The notes: generated by a model from the sequence alone, not told the origin. A stretch of 64,000 nt of DNA from a virus (IMGVR_UViG_3300050015_000990:1912-65911), one strand, 5' to 3'; shown: positions 10,515 through 20,428, numbered from the stretch's first letter. Translations and numbers: made by a program.

Positions 10515-12293
10515 ATGGCTACAAATCTCAGTAAATATATCCAATTAAATGATTTTCTCTTATTAGAATACGAATTCGATAAGAGCGGGATCGATACCTC
10601 CCTTGGTTCCATTGGGATTTCCTCAGTGGTAGCAACAAATCTTTTTGGATCTTTACAATATTTCAATATCGGAGGGCAGGGTGTTACTAATAATGATCTT
10701 AATCTGAATTCTGTTCCAACTAATGCAGCAAGATCATCGTGGTATTTTTCTTATGATACTTCTAACTATGGCTCACATTTTGACAGTTCTATCGCTATTT
10801 CTATTTCTGAATACCCTTTAGATACAATTCGAGTTCATATTGTTTCAGGATATAATTTTGATGACATTACAGGATTCTTATTACAGGTTAAAGCACAAGA
10901 TATATCCAGTAATTTAGTTGACCTTGCTAATTTTACATGGGCAAAACAAATTCAGGGAAGTAATGATGTTTTAAAATTTAGCCCTAATACTCTTCTTTTA
11001 GGAAATAGATTCTATGATAAGTATGTAGAATTTAAAGTACCCTCTGTTCAAAATTTAGGAGGGGATACAGGGACTTCATTAGGTCAAGCTTTAAATATAA
11101 AAACATTATCGGATATTTTCTTGACTTATAGTACTATTCCGGAAATGGATGTAGACACTTATATTATTTCAGAAGCTATTTCTCTTCAACTTCCTGTTTC
11201 AAGTCCAGCAGATGATTTTAATTGCTTAATAGCTGAATCAACTGGAGGAGATTATATTGAATTTTATGCAACATTTAGGGATCTTATTATTGGAGAAAAT
11301 ATCGGAGAAATAGAAAGCGGTCGAATTCCTCTTTATACTTCAAGTAATCCAAATGATAATTATCAGGATTTCGATAATCAATATGGAGCAAGAACAGCTA
11401 AATGGGTTCTTATGCATGAACTTTATGTTTATGAGCATATCGGCTTAACTACCTCATTGCTAACTCAAAAATATGTTTTTACACAAGAAGATAATTTTAT
11501 GCTTCCTAATACATTTAGACCTGTTCTAAAAAATGCTGATATAGATTCATCATATACAATTCAATATGTTTGTAGATTAATGAATAGAATGGATGGAACG
11601 CAAATTATTCGAAAAGCCTCTTTTGCTTCTCAAAATCCTAAAAAATATGGGTTATATTTTACAAGAATAAATGTTGATAATTATATTCCTTATAAAGTAT
11701 TTAATAGATTAGCTGCTGAAGCAAGTCCTAATATTGGAGGAGCTGGGGCTCAAAGAACTAAATTTGTAAAAGTTTATTATGATTCTGTTGATGTTATGCT
11801 TAATATGAATAATGAAGTTCTTCCTCAAGGAACAGGGCCTTTATTCTTAAAACAATCTGATGGGGCTTACTTATTTAAATTTAATAAAGTAAATACGGAT
11901 TCTGGTAATCAATCAACAAATGTAGATTTATCTGGTGCTTATAATTATGCTATTGTATTTGTTCTTGATGATTTAACCAAGATTGAAATAAGCCCTACTT
12001 TTTCTGCAAATATGAATACTACTTTAGGACAGATTGAATTTAAAATTTTAGAATCCCAAGCTCAAAAGCTTCTTATTCAAAAGGGCAATTCATATTCTAT
12101 AGTAGTAAAAAATCCAGATGGAACTCAATATACGTTTTATGAAGGGATTTATTACTCATATAAGAATTTTAATCAAGTTGTAACTCAATTTCAGAGTTTA
12201 TTCGATGTAACCTCGCTTAATACTCAGATAGCAGCTCTTCAGACAGAAAATAAGATTTTATCAGATCGAATAAGTGCTTTAAAAATTAAATAA
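10515..12293 (+). CDS. Putative virion structural protein
   Basis: 592-aa ORF in the structural operon; beta-rich with a C-terminal coiled coil. Confidence 0.5.
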   Translation: MATNLSKYIQLNDFLLLEYEFDKSGIDTSLGSIGISSVVATNLFGSLQYFNIGGQGVTNNDLNLNSVPTNAARSSWYFSYDTSNYGSHFDSSIAISISEYPLDTIRVHIVSGYNFDDITGFLLQVKAQDISSNLVDLANFTWAKQIQGSNDVLKFSPNTLLLGNRFYDKYVEFKVPSVQNLGGDTGTSLGQALNIKTLSDIFLTYSTIPEMDVDTYIISEAISLQLPVSSPADDFNCLIAESTGGDYIEFYATFRDLIIGENIGEIESGRIPLYTSSNPNDNYQDFDNQYGARTAKWVLMHELYVYEHIGLTTSLLTQKYVFTQEDNFMLPNTFRPVLKNADIDSSYTIQYVCRLMNRMDGTQIIRKASFASQNPKKYGLYFTRINVDNYIPYKVFNRLAAEASPNIGGAGAQRTKFVKVYYDSVDVMLNMNNEVLPQGTGPLFLKQSDGAYLFKFNKVNTDSGNQSTNVDLSGAYNYAIVFVLDDLTKIEISPTFSANMNTTLGQIEFKILESQAQKLLIQKGNSYSIVVKNPDGTQYTFYEGIYYSYKNFNQVVTQFQSLFDVTSLNTQIAALQTENKILSDRISALKIK

Positions 12294-12294
12294 T

Positions 12295-12873
12295 ATGGGA
12301 AATAGTTTTTCTGGAATTTATAAAATACAATCCAAAATTAAACCAGAAAGAATTTATATCGGAAGTGCTGTTAATTTTAAAAATAGATGTTCTGTTCATA
12401 TTATATGTTTGAGAAAAAATAAACATAATAAAAAACTGCAATCCCATTATAATGAATTTGGTGAAAATGATTTAGAATTTTCTATATTACTAAAATGTGA
12501 TCCAAAGAAATTAATAAAAAATGAACAAAATTTTATAAATGAATACAAACCATATTTTAATATATCTAAAAAAGCCGGGAGCACATTAGGTATAAATTAT
12601 TCTGATGAAGTTAAATTAAAAATGAGTAAAGCACAAAAAGGGTTAAAACATCCTTGGAGAAAAAATCTTACAGAAGAAAGCAAATTAAAAATCAGTAATT
12701 CATTAAAAGGACATAAGGTATCTGAAGAAACTAGAAATAAATTAAGCAAAGCTAAGATTGGAAAACCTAGATCAGAAGAAACAAAAAGAAAAATAAGTCA
12801 AGCTACTACAGGGGAAAATAACCCAATGTATGGAAAAACCAAATTTAAATTATTCCAAAATCTTAGAAGCTAA
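12295..12873 (+). CDS. GIY-YIG homing endonuclease with NUMOD3 repeats (free-standing)
   Basis: SGIYKI...IYIGSA motif, then 'SEETRNKLS' and 'SEETKRKIS..GENNPMYGK' NUMOD3-type repeats. Confidence 0.9.
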   Translation: MGNSFSGIYKIQSKIKPERIYIGSAVNFKNRCSVHIICLRKNKHNKKLQSHYNEFGENDLEFSILLKCDPKKLIKNEQNFINEYKPYFNISKKAGSTLGINYSDEVKLKMSKAQKGLKHPWRKNLTEESKLKISNSLKGHKVSEETRNKLSKAKIGKPRSEETKRKISQATTGENNPMYGKTKFKLFQNLRS

Positions 12874-12884
12874 CTAAAAACAGA

Positions 12885-12908
12885 AAACCTCTTAGAATTA
12901 GGAGGTTT
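12885..12908. terminator. Hairpin terminator where the + and - blocks converge
   Basis: AAACCTCTTA-GAAT-TAGGAGGTTT inverted repeat between convergent genes. Confidence 0.6.
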
Positions 12909-13021
12909 CTTGTGCAATATAGTTTGAAAGAGATTAGAGAGGATGTTTTTCTTAGACAATGGTTTATATAATAGGGAGATTAAAATTGAGCAGCAAGCTC
13001 CTTATGAGTTTCTGCAAGGTG

Positions 13022-13504
13022 TTAGAAGAGTCCTTTGATGGTATTAAAAAGCCAACTAAGGATAGGCCATTTTACAAGAACAAAAATCAGTGCTCCTGTG
13101 AAAAAAGCACGAGTTAAAACCCATTTTAAAGAAAGAGTATCAAAAGCAAATCTATAGATAACTCCATAAACTAAAGTTGGGGTTCCTTCATCATCATAAA
13201 ACTGATTAAACTCAGGAACAATAGATCCTGCAAACCCTAAATCTGAATCAAGATATTGGTGAAGAGGAGCAAGAATTTCCATTAACCGGAGTCGTTTAAT
13301 ATTTTCAGGTAAAACAGAATCTTCCATAGGAAGAGATACTGGAACATAAAGAACATAAAAGAAATTAAAATCCAATCCAAATTTATTAAACTTGGATTGA
13401 GGATTATAAGCTTCAGCTTGAATAGTCTTTATCCAACTTCTATAATTAGATATATCTCTAATAACCCCAAGCACTGGAAATTTTTTCCAGAGAGGGGTTT
13501 TCAT
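13022..13504 (-). CDS. Hypothetical protein with C-terminal TM helix
   Basis: ORF track 13022..13543. The likely start is MKTPLW, just after the sigma factor stop. Confidence 0.55.
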   Translation of the reverse strand: MKTPLWKKFPVLGVIRDISNYRSWIKTIQAEAYNPQSKFNKFGLDFNFFYVLYVPVSLPMEDSVLPENIKRLRLMEILAPLHQYLDSDLGFAGSIVPEFNQFYDDEGTPTLVYGVIYRFAFDTLSLKWVLTRAFFTGALIFVLVKWPILSWLFNTIKGLF

Positions 13505-13508
13505 TTTT

Positions 13509-14141
13509 CTAATATTCTTCTTCTTCATCATAATAGGCTTCAATAAGATCCGGATGTTTTTCTCTCAACATTTCAGCTACATCTTTTCTTGCTTTTCTAA
13601 GACGAGTCTTAACTGTATTAAGATTCCAACCTAAATCTGCGGCAATATCCTGGAGTCTTTTGTTATTTATTTCTCTTTCTAAAATAACTGTTCTATAAGG
13701 TTCCTCGAGTTTTTCAATTTCCTCAAGAGTTTTTTCATAAAGAGCTAAAGTTAATTTTTCTCCGGATGGACCAATAACTTCAATATTGATCGAGGTTAAA
13801 GGAGTATAAACTTTAAGAAGTTTTGAATGATTTTCTGAAAGTTTATCTCTTGAAAGAGTTTTGCTTTTTAGCCTTAGCTGACCTAAAGCTTCATTCTTAG
13901 CAATAGCATATACCCAAGTACTAAAATTATAGTCCTTGTTGTATTGATCTATTTTTTCCCAAACAGCAATAAATGTTTTCGATACAATTTCTCTTGCGAG
14001 ATCTATATCATGAACATAATTATAAGTAAAAGAAATAAGACCTGGTTTAAGCCTCTTAATAAGATCTGAAAATGTTTTATTATCCTTTTTGTCTAAAAAA
14101 TCAATCGCAAGCGATTGAATCGAAATGATTTCTCTATGCAT
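13509..14141 (-). CDS. ECF-like sigma-70 family RNA polymerase sigma factor
   Basis: Region 2 'DLAREIVSKTFIAVWEKIDQY..FSTWVYAIAKNEAL' and region 4 HTH 'LQDIAADLGWNLNTVKTRLRKARK'. Confidence 0.92.
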   Translation of the reverse strand: MHREIISIQSLAIDFLDKKDNKTFSDLIKRLKPGLISFTYNYVHDIDLAREIVSKTFIAVWEKIDQYNKDYNFSTWVYAIAKNEALGQLRLKSKTLSRDKLSENHSKLLKVYTPLTSINIEVIGPSGEKLTLALYEKTLEEIEKLEEPYRTVILEREINNKRLQDIAADLGWNLNTVKTRLRKARKDVAEMLREKHPDLIEAYYDEEEEY

Positions 14142-14187
14142 ACGAATACAACAATTTTATTATTAGTTAAAAAAGATGTTGAGGATT

Positions 14188-14568
14188 TTACTCCTCAACA
14201 ATTTGTTCAACGTATGAATTAATATTCTGGAGAATTCCCGCAACCTGCTGGTATGGGAAATTTCCTAATACGTTTACGATTTGTTGGAATGTGTTGTGGT
14301 CAACAACATCTACCTGAATTGCATTCATAATACCTGCAATTTGGTTAAAAGGATAAGTGCCAATAGCTTTTAAAACAGCTGCTTTAAATTCTGGTTTTAA
14401 ACGATATGTAGGAACATAGGCATTTGTTTCTACTACTTGTGCTGCATCAACTTTTGGACCTTCGGTTTTTGGAACTTCTGCGATTTCCTGTGGTTTTTGA
14501 TCTTCCATAATTTTATAAGAATTTATTAATTTATTTTTATATATCCGAGCTTCTTTCAATATACTCAT
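14188..14568 (-). CDS. Hypothetical protein with internal duplication
   Basis: Repeat 'IGTYPFNQIAGIM' / 'LGNFPYQQVAGIL'. The true start may be MEDQK. Confidence 0.55.
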   Translation of the reverse strand: MSILKEARIYKNKLINSYKIMEDQKPQEIAEVPKTEGPKVDAAQVVETNAYVPTYRLKPEFKAAVLKAIGTYPFNQIAGIMNAIQVDVVDHNTFQQIVNVLGNFPYQQVAGILQNINSYVEQIVEE

Positions 14569-14607
14569 AAAAGCTCGTTAATTTTTCTCAAAAAAGTTAA
14601 CTTAATG

Positions 14608-14859
14608 TTAAACCTTTACAAAACCATCTTTTTCATACATTTCTATTTGTCTTTCAAAATCCGGTTTGATGATCATACATTCATATGCGAGTACCCCTGT
14701 CTTAGTTTTAAAACGAACAATATTTATCATCCAATCATCTTTTGGATCTTCTAAAAGGAACCAAACTGAAAATGGTGAACGAGGTTTTTCCATCTTAATT
14801 AATGGAGTATACTTTGAATACAAAGAAATATTTTCTACTTTTTTTTCTTTTTTTTCCAT
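14608..14859 (-). CDS. Hypothetical protein
   Basis: ORF packed tightly in the minus-strand operon. Confidence 0.55.
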   Translation of the reverse strand: MEKKEKKVENISLYSKYTPLIKMEKPRSPFSVWFLLEDPKDDWMINIVRFKTKTGVLAYECMIIKPDFERQIEMYEKDGFVKV

Positions 14860-14860
14860 T

Positions 14861-15646
14861 TTATTTATCTATATAGCCGCCATCTTTCCATGCGGCTATT
14901 TTTTCATCAAGAGTACTAAAATCAAAATCCGGATTTTCATCTCCAAATAAAGTATAATCTAGAAGGGGTTTTACATGCATTTTAAATAGATCTTTCGGAG
15001 GAATAACTAAATATTTATCTTTCTGAGCAATGGTACAGGGAATAATTTTACTATTAACCCCTGCCATAATATCTAAATAATTTTGTCTTACTCTTTCCTG
15101 AAATTCAAAATCTGCTTCGTGAATATCTTGTTTTCCATTGAGATAGTCTCTATCTGATCCTTCTCTTTTGGTTTCTAACCTTTCCTTTGTAATTTTTATA
15201 GGGACATCAAAGAATATATTTAAATCGGGATAAGGAAGATTTAAGAAATCAAATTCAAAATTCAAAATCCACGTTCTAATATCATCAGTTTCTTTTGACG
15301 CTAATGGATATTTAGCTGCTTGATAAGCAATATTTGAAAAAACATATCTATCTAAAAGAACAACGTCAACAGTTTTTAATGCTTCTTTAAGAATTGGGAG
15401 AAACATAAAACGATCCATAGCATAAATATTTGCCACAAAATAAGGAGAAACTTTATCTATACCTCCGAATTCGCCACGTAAAAATCTAGCAATAATATCA
15501 CTAAATTCATTATGACCATACATCGGAAAATGAAAGAAGGAAAAAGATAATTTATGATTTTTAAAATATTTTTTGACAAGTTCTACTTGGGTACTTTTTC
15601 CTGCACCATCACAGCCTTCAATAGATATTAATTTACTCATTATCAA
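14861..15646 (-). CDS. tmk: Thymidylate kinase
   Basis: P-loop 'ISIEGCDGAGKST' and 'LLDRYVFSNIAYQ' motif. Confidence 0.92.
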   Translation of the reverse strand: MIMSKLISIEGCDGAGKSTQVELVKKYFKNHKLSFSFFHFPMYGHNEFSDIIARFLRGEFGGIDKVSPYFVANIYAMDRFMFLPILKEALKTVDVVLLDRYVFSNIAYQAAKYPLASKETDDIRTWILNFEFDFLNLPYPDLNIFFDVPIKITKERLETKREGSDRDYLNGKQDIHEADFEFQERVRQNYLDIMAGVNSKIIPCTIAQKDKYLVIPPKDLFKMHVKPLLDYTLFGDENPDFDFSTLDEKIAAWKDGGYIDK

Positions 15647-16110
15647 TTAAATAAGATTATCAAATTTTTCTTTATATCTTTCAGTAAATTGAATACTTTT
15701 ATTATCAATTAATCTTTTTATGTCGGAATATAATAAAAGTTTTGGGGAACAGGTTAATTTATAAATTAATCCTTTATTATTACAAAAAAGTATTGCTGCT
15801 TCTTTTTTTAATTGAACTATTTTTGATCGGAATCTTCTAAATCTAAACTTAATGTTTCTTTCCAACATTCACGCCACCTTGCGAATTCAAGCCAACGTGT
15901 TTCCCCAGCTATTGTAACAGGAACAAACAGAAATCTTTTGTGTTCGATATACCAGGTTCCTGTTGCTTCATCTTTATATTTTTTATCATGCCACGCATAT
16001 TTATAATACCTTAAATAAAAATCCAAAGATTGAAATAAGAAGTATAATTCCCCCAGCAGGTCCTGCGTTTTTTATATTATCTTCCATATTTGTTCATTTA
16101 TTTTTGCCTC

Positions 16111-16443
16111 TTATTTAAAAAATTTTAATCTTGAGATAAGAGAAAACATTTGATTTACAAAAAGACCAACCCCAAAAATTCCTAAAATATTCCAATCTTT
16201 AGAAAGTAAAGTCATTAAACCAAGTCCATATAAGAGAGACATGATAGTTATTTCTCCAAAACTTAATAAAGATGATAAAAACATATAACGCATTGAAGGA
16301 AATTTCGGAACTTCATAAAGTTGTTCTTGATTCATCACAAGAATCCCGGTAAGAGGATTTTGATTCTCAATAATTGGTTTAGGTATTTCTTTCCCCGCCT
16401 TTACCGCATTTAATCTATCTGCTAAAGATCTATTTTTAATCAT
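16111..16443 (-). CDS. Hypothetical membrane protein
   Basis: Two hydrophobic C-terminal segments. Confidence 0.55.
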   Translation of the reverse strand: MIKNRSLADRLNAVKAGKEIPKPIIENQNPLTGILVMNQEQLYEVPKFPSMRYMFLSSLLSFGEITIMSLLYGLGLMTLLSKDWNILGIFGVGLFVNQMFSLISRLKFFK

Positions 16444-16445
16444 TT

Positions 16446-17351
16446 TTATATTAATTCTGCAACATATCTTGCATCTGAATATCCTTCAGTTCTAACTAGA
16501 AAAGTAACCCCATCATCTTCTTCAACATTTGCAATAAAGAATTTTTTAAATGGAAAATCTTCTCCATAATCATCTAAGAAATCCTCATAAGTCTCAAAAT
16601 TTACAACGGGAAGAAGAGATAAAATAGTTTCAAGCTGAGAATCTACTTGTATTTTTTTAGAATAATATAAATCATCCAACCCAGGTTTTCTTGTAAAAGG
16701 AAGGCTGCTAAGATAAGCTAAAGCCTCTGGTTCAAGATCCTGTGTTCCTTCTTGAACTATTTCTAGACCTTCGTTAACTTTTTTTTTAAAAGGTTTAAAG
16801 CCACCTTTCTTTTCTTCTTCCCCCTTTTTTTCTTCGTGTTCTTCGTGCTCTTCTTTTTTGTGTACTTTATGCTCTTCGTGTTCTTCTTTCTTGTGTACTT
16901 TATCTTCTTCTTTATGCACTTTATGTTCTTCGTGCTCGTGTTCTTCGTGCTCTTCTTTTTCTTCAGTTTCTGCAGCTTTTACCACTACACCTTTTGGCTC
17001 TTTTTTTGCAGATTTTTCTCCCGAAGTTTTTGATGCATCCTGTCCTTCTTCTTTTTTTATACCACCTTCGGTATCTGAAGTTTTAACATCTCCAAACATA
17101 CCTGGTTTAAAGTCTTTAACACTTTTAAGATTAGTCTGAAGGTCATAGCCAGGTTCAAATTTTTGACCACCCATTTTCATTTCAACTTTGACCTCGGTTT
17201 TACCTTTTTGAAATTCTTTTTTCAGCCAATTAAAGGTTTTCTTGTTTTCTTCAGGCATAATAATTCCTTCAGCAGGAACCTTAGAATTAACTTCCTTTTC
17301 TTCAGTAAGACGTTCTAGATAATCATCAAGTTTAAAAGATCCAGCTTTCAT
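16446..17351 (-). CDS. Charged low-complexity protein, putative internal head protein
   Basis: E/K/H-rich repeats; 'LTEE' and 'VNEG' are protease-like sites. Confidence 0.5.
   Translation of the reverse strand: MKAGSFKLDDYLERLTEEKEVNSKVPAEGIIMPEENKKTFNWLKKEFQKGKTEVKVEMKMGGQKFEPGYDLQTNLKSVKDFKPGMFGDVKTSDTEGGIKKEEGQDASKTSGEKSAKKEPKGVVVKAAETEEKEEHEEHEHEEHKVHKEEDKVHKKEEHEEHKVHKKEEHEEHEEKKGEEEKKGGFKPFKKKVNEGLEIVQEGTQDLEPEALAYLSSLPFTRKPGLDDLYYSKKIQVDSQLETILSLLPVVNFETYEDFLDDYGEDFPFKKFFIANVEEDDGVTFLVRTEGYSDARYVAELI
16830..16960 (-). repeat. Degenerate coding tandem repeat (EEHEEHKVHKK)
   Basis: Repeated ttcttcgtg(c/t)tc and tgtactttat units. Confidence 0.8.
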
Positions 17352-17396
17352 ATAGTGTAGTTTTATTTTATATATCTTTAATTAAAAAAATATTCT

Positions 17397-17786
17397 TTAA
17401 AAAATTTTGAGTTCAATTTGATTCTTTGCTGCTGCCATAGGATCTACAATTCTAGTTATTTTTGGTTTCGATGGAAAAGAATATCGATTTATATGTTCAA
17501 TCACTACATCAAAAAGAGTTTCAAAAGAACTATAAGGAATTTTTTCGGATTTATTTCTAACTGTAATAATATTATTTTCTTTATCTATTGATACAACAAA
17601 TTGAGGTCTTAAAATTACATTATTAATAAGATTCTGATGCATATCATAGTCTCTTTCTCCTGGTTTTCTTTTTGGGAACAGGTCAATAAGTATTTGTTTA
17701 ATATAATTCTGACCAATTCCCATAGAATGTTTAGGGTCTTGTCCTCTTTCAAAATTTAATATTTCATATATTTTTAGAGCTTTCAC
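17397..17786 (-). CDS. FERG-tag family protein
   Basis: N-terminus MKALKIYEILNFERGQDPKHSMGIG. Confidence 0.85.
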   Translation of the reverse strand: MKALKIYEILNFERGQDPKHSMGIGQNYIKQILIDLFPKRKPGERDYDMHQNLINNVILRPQFVVSIDKENNIITVRNKSEKIPYSSFETLFDVVIEHINRYSFPSKPKITRIVDPMAAAKNQIELKIF

Positions 17787-18169
17787 GAATTTATATAAAT
17801 ATTTAGGGTATTATAAGTAGGATTATCCCAATGATAGGATTCGGTGTCATTATTTCTATTTATATTTGATACTAATTGTTCAAAAAAGAAAACATTAGTT
17901 AATGATTGGGGTAAAGTTATAACAATTCTTCCATCTCCGGGGGTATTTTCATGTTTCTTTTCAAATCTAACTTTAGTAGTAGGCTCCATAATAATTTTAA
18001 CCATGTATTTAAATTCAATTTTTTTATCCTCATCTGATGGATAAGTTGCCGGGTCAGCCATCATGGAGATAAGTTTTTTCTTTTCCCTAGCTTGCCCAAT
18101 TTCCATAGCTTGTTTAGGATCCTGACCTCTTTCAAAGTCCATTTTTTCATATATTTTTATAGCTTTCAT
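17783..18169 (-). CDS. FERG-tag family protein
   Basis: MKAIKIYEKMDFERGQDPKQAMEIG; ATGA overlaps on both sides. Confidence 0.85.
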   Translation of the reverse strand: MKAIKIYEKMDFERGQDPKQAMEIGQAREKKKLISMMADPATYPSDEDKKIEFKYMVKIIMEPTTKVRFEKKHENTPGDGRIVITLPQSLTNVFFFEQLVSNINRNNDTESYHWDNPTYNTLNIYINS

Positions 18170-19740
18170 TTGCAAGAGGTTATTTTCTTAAATTCATCTA
18201 AACTAATATTTTCGTATTCCGAATCTTCAATATCATCAAATAAAATAATTCCTAATTCTTCTACATTTGTAAAATAAAGAGTATATGTTTCTTTAAAGGT
18301 CGGGGTTTTCTTATGAGTTTTTGTTGAAAAAATTATAAATTTAGGTTCGGGCTTATCCCAATCTATCTCTGAAACATCTTTAAAAATTGGGCACATTTTA
18401 GCTAATTGATGCATTTTTTTAAAGAGGTTTATTTTCGGAGCATCTGTTCTATAAGATCCAATATCTATGCTATCTTTAGGATCTAATCCTCGCTCAAAAT
18501 TTATTGATTCTTTTAGATATATTTTATCTAAATATCCTTTAATTATATCTACATAAGTCATAAAAGCCCCGCCTTCTAGTATTAAAGTGAATAAGTTTCC
18601 TATAACCGATCTTGTACTATTAATTCCTTCTTTAAATGGATATTTTTTAATCTCTTCCGTAATAGTGTCTTCAAGTTCTTTTTCGGCGTCTTCTATTTCT
18701 TTAGTTTCGTGTTTGAATTTTTGGAAAGTATCAGATTTAGCATTATCATACTGATCGAGAATATAGCTATTATATTCTGATAGAGAACGAAACCCAACTT
18801 TTTTAACAGCTATTGTAATTTTTTTTATAATCGGCTTTGTTTTTTCCTCAATATCATCGATAATATGAATGGCTAATTCTTCAGCAGTCATATCCCATTT
18901 CCATTTTCTCCCGACTCGTATAGAATCTTTAGGATCTATTCCTCTTTCAAAATTTACTGATTCTTTTATATAGGCTGGATCTAGTTTTTGCTTAATCATC
19001 TCTACATAAGTTTTGTGAGGACCTCCCTCAAGCTCTAAAGTAAAGAGATCCCCAATTAAATTCTTTTTAGCTTTTTCATCTCTGATTGGAAAATTTTCTA
19101 CTTCAGATGCTATAGTTTCTTCTAATTCTTGTTCAGCATCGTCGATTTCTTTAGAGACAAAAGGAAACTTATCATCTTCGTCAAAGCGTAGATAAACATA
19201 TTCTTGATATGTTTCTATATCTTTATACCCGGCTTTTTTGACAGCATCTTCTATTTTATTTAATATAGGCCTTACCTTATCACTTACAGTATCTAAAATA
19301 TGGTTTGCTAATTCTTCAGCAGTCATATTCCAAATATGTTTTCGACCAATTCTTATTGAATCTTTTGGATCTATTCCTCGCTCGAAATTTTGGGATTCAT
19401 TAAAATGATCAATTCCATTGATCTTTGCATAAAATTTATCAAAATGTTTTTTTGTAGGAATTAAATCCAGCGGAAAATCTTTTTCTTCTTCATCACAATG
19501 ATAGCCCCATTCGGAAACTTTATATCCTCCATCTCTTTTAAGAGAAAATGCTCGATAAATTTTATTATTTTTAGGATCCTTAAACCACCAATAATAATCC
19601 CATCGAGGTATTTTTGAAAGATAAAGAACTCCTGAAATCATTTTATCCATGGCTCTTTTTCCAAGACGACCGATTTCCATAGAATCCTTGGGATCTATTC
19701 CTCTCTCAAATTTAATATTTTCTACAAGTTTAGCTCTCAC
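18166..19740 (-). CDS. FERG-tag polyprotein with four tag+cargo modules
   Basis: ENIKFERGIDPKDSMEIG, FNESQNFERGIDPKDSIRIG, IKESVNFERGIDPKDSIRVG and LKESINFERGLDPKDSIDIG. Confidence 0.85.
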   Translation of the reverse strand: MRAKLVENIKFERGIDPKDSMEIGRLGKRAMDKMISGVLYLSKIPRWDYYWWFKDPKNNKIYRAFSLKRDGGYKVSEWGYHCDEEEKDFPLDLIPTKKHFDKFYAKINGIDHFNESQNFERGIDPKDSIRIGRKHIWNMTAEELANHILDTVSDKVRPILNKIEDAVKKAGYKDIETYQEYVYLRFDEDDKFPFVSKEIDDAEQELEETIASEVENFPIRDEKAKKNLIGDLFTLELEGGPHKTYVEMIKQKLDPAYIKESVNFERGIDPKDSIRVGRKWKWDMTAEELAIHIIDDIEEKTKPIIKKITIAVKKVGFRSLSEYNSYILDQYDNAKSDTFQKFKHETKEIEDAEKELEDTITEEIKKYPFKEGINSTRSVIGNLFTLILEGGAFMTYVDIIKGYLDKIYLKESINFERGLDPKDSIDIGSYRTDAPKINLFKKMHQLAKMCPIFKDVSEIDWDKPEPKFIIFSTKTHKKTPTFKETYTLYFTNVEELGIILFDDIEDSEYENISLDEFKKITSCK

Positions 19741-19743
19741 CTT

Positions 19744-20130
19744 TTATATATTTGATTTTTTAAGAATGAAAATTTTACTGTAAAAAATTTCAAACAAAAT
19801 AGTAAATGAACAATAGAAAATAAGAAAATCAGTCCACCAATTAATTAATGGATGATAAAAAACAAGAGCAAACATAATGCAAATTAACATCAGAAATTTG
19901 CAGAAATGCCAAAAATCCGTAGTCCAGACTAAAACTGTACTAGATCCCCAAAATTTTTCTCCAGACCATACCCCATCAATATATTTCCATTTATTCTGGG
20001 AGCTGATAGCAGGATTTATCCATTGCTGATTTTTCCAACTAGAAAAAATCGAAGCATTAAATTTAAATCTTAGAACATCCATGCAAGCATTAAAGATACC
20101 TGCAATGATAAGAAGAATAGCAGAGATCAT
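19744..20130 (-). CDS. Hypothetical membrane protein
   Basis: Three hydrophobic helices; Trp-rich 'GEKFWGSSTVLVWTTDFWH'. Confidence 0.65.
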   Translation of the reverse strand: MISAILLIIAGIFNACMDVLRFKFNASIFSSWKNQQWINPAISSQNKWKYIDGVWSGEKFWGSSTVLVWTTDFWHFCKFLMLICIMFALVFYHPLINWWTDFLIFYCSFTILFEIFYSKIFILKKSNI

Positions 20131-20372
20131 TTTTCTTTTTTGGTTAAGTCCCTAATTGTATTAACTATTCCTGCAATAATAAAAGTTAAAATAGTTAAAA
20201 TTAGATATGCTGCAAATGTTAATCCCACTATATTAAAAATATCTGTAAGAATAGGGGAATGTGTATTTCTAACTATTAATGCTGAGATTATTATCAAAGC
20301 AAATGATACAAGAATTTTTATTAGTCCATTTTTTTGAAACCAATTTTTTAAAAATTCAATTATTTTTTTCAT
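20127..20372 (-). CDS. Small two-TM membrane protein (holin-like topology)
   Basis: Two TM helices with a basic C-terminus. Confidence 0.5.
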   Translation of the reverse strand: MKKIIEFLKNWFQKNGLIKILVSFALIIISALIVRNTHSPILTDIFNIVGLTFAAYLILTILTFIIAGIVNTIRDLTKKEK

Positions 20373-20398
20373 GGGATTCTTTTCTTTATTTATCCCAC

Positions 20399-20428
20399 AA
20401 AAAAAGCTCGCATTGAGGCTGCGGGCAA
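20399..20428 (-). terminator. Intrinsic terminator (degenerate copy of the tmRNA terminator)
   Basis: Minus strand GCCCGCA-GCCTCAA-TGCGAGC followed by a T run. Confidence 0.65.

Noticed and set aside
16836-17139. Plus-strand Phe- and Cys/Ser-rich ORFs, and other short antisense ORFs in the track
   Set aside because: They are shadow frames of low-complexity or ordinary minus-strand genes.
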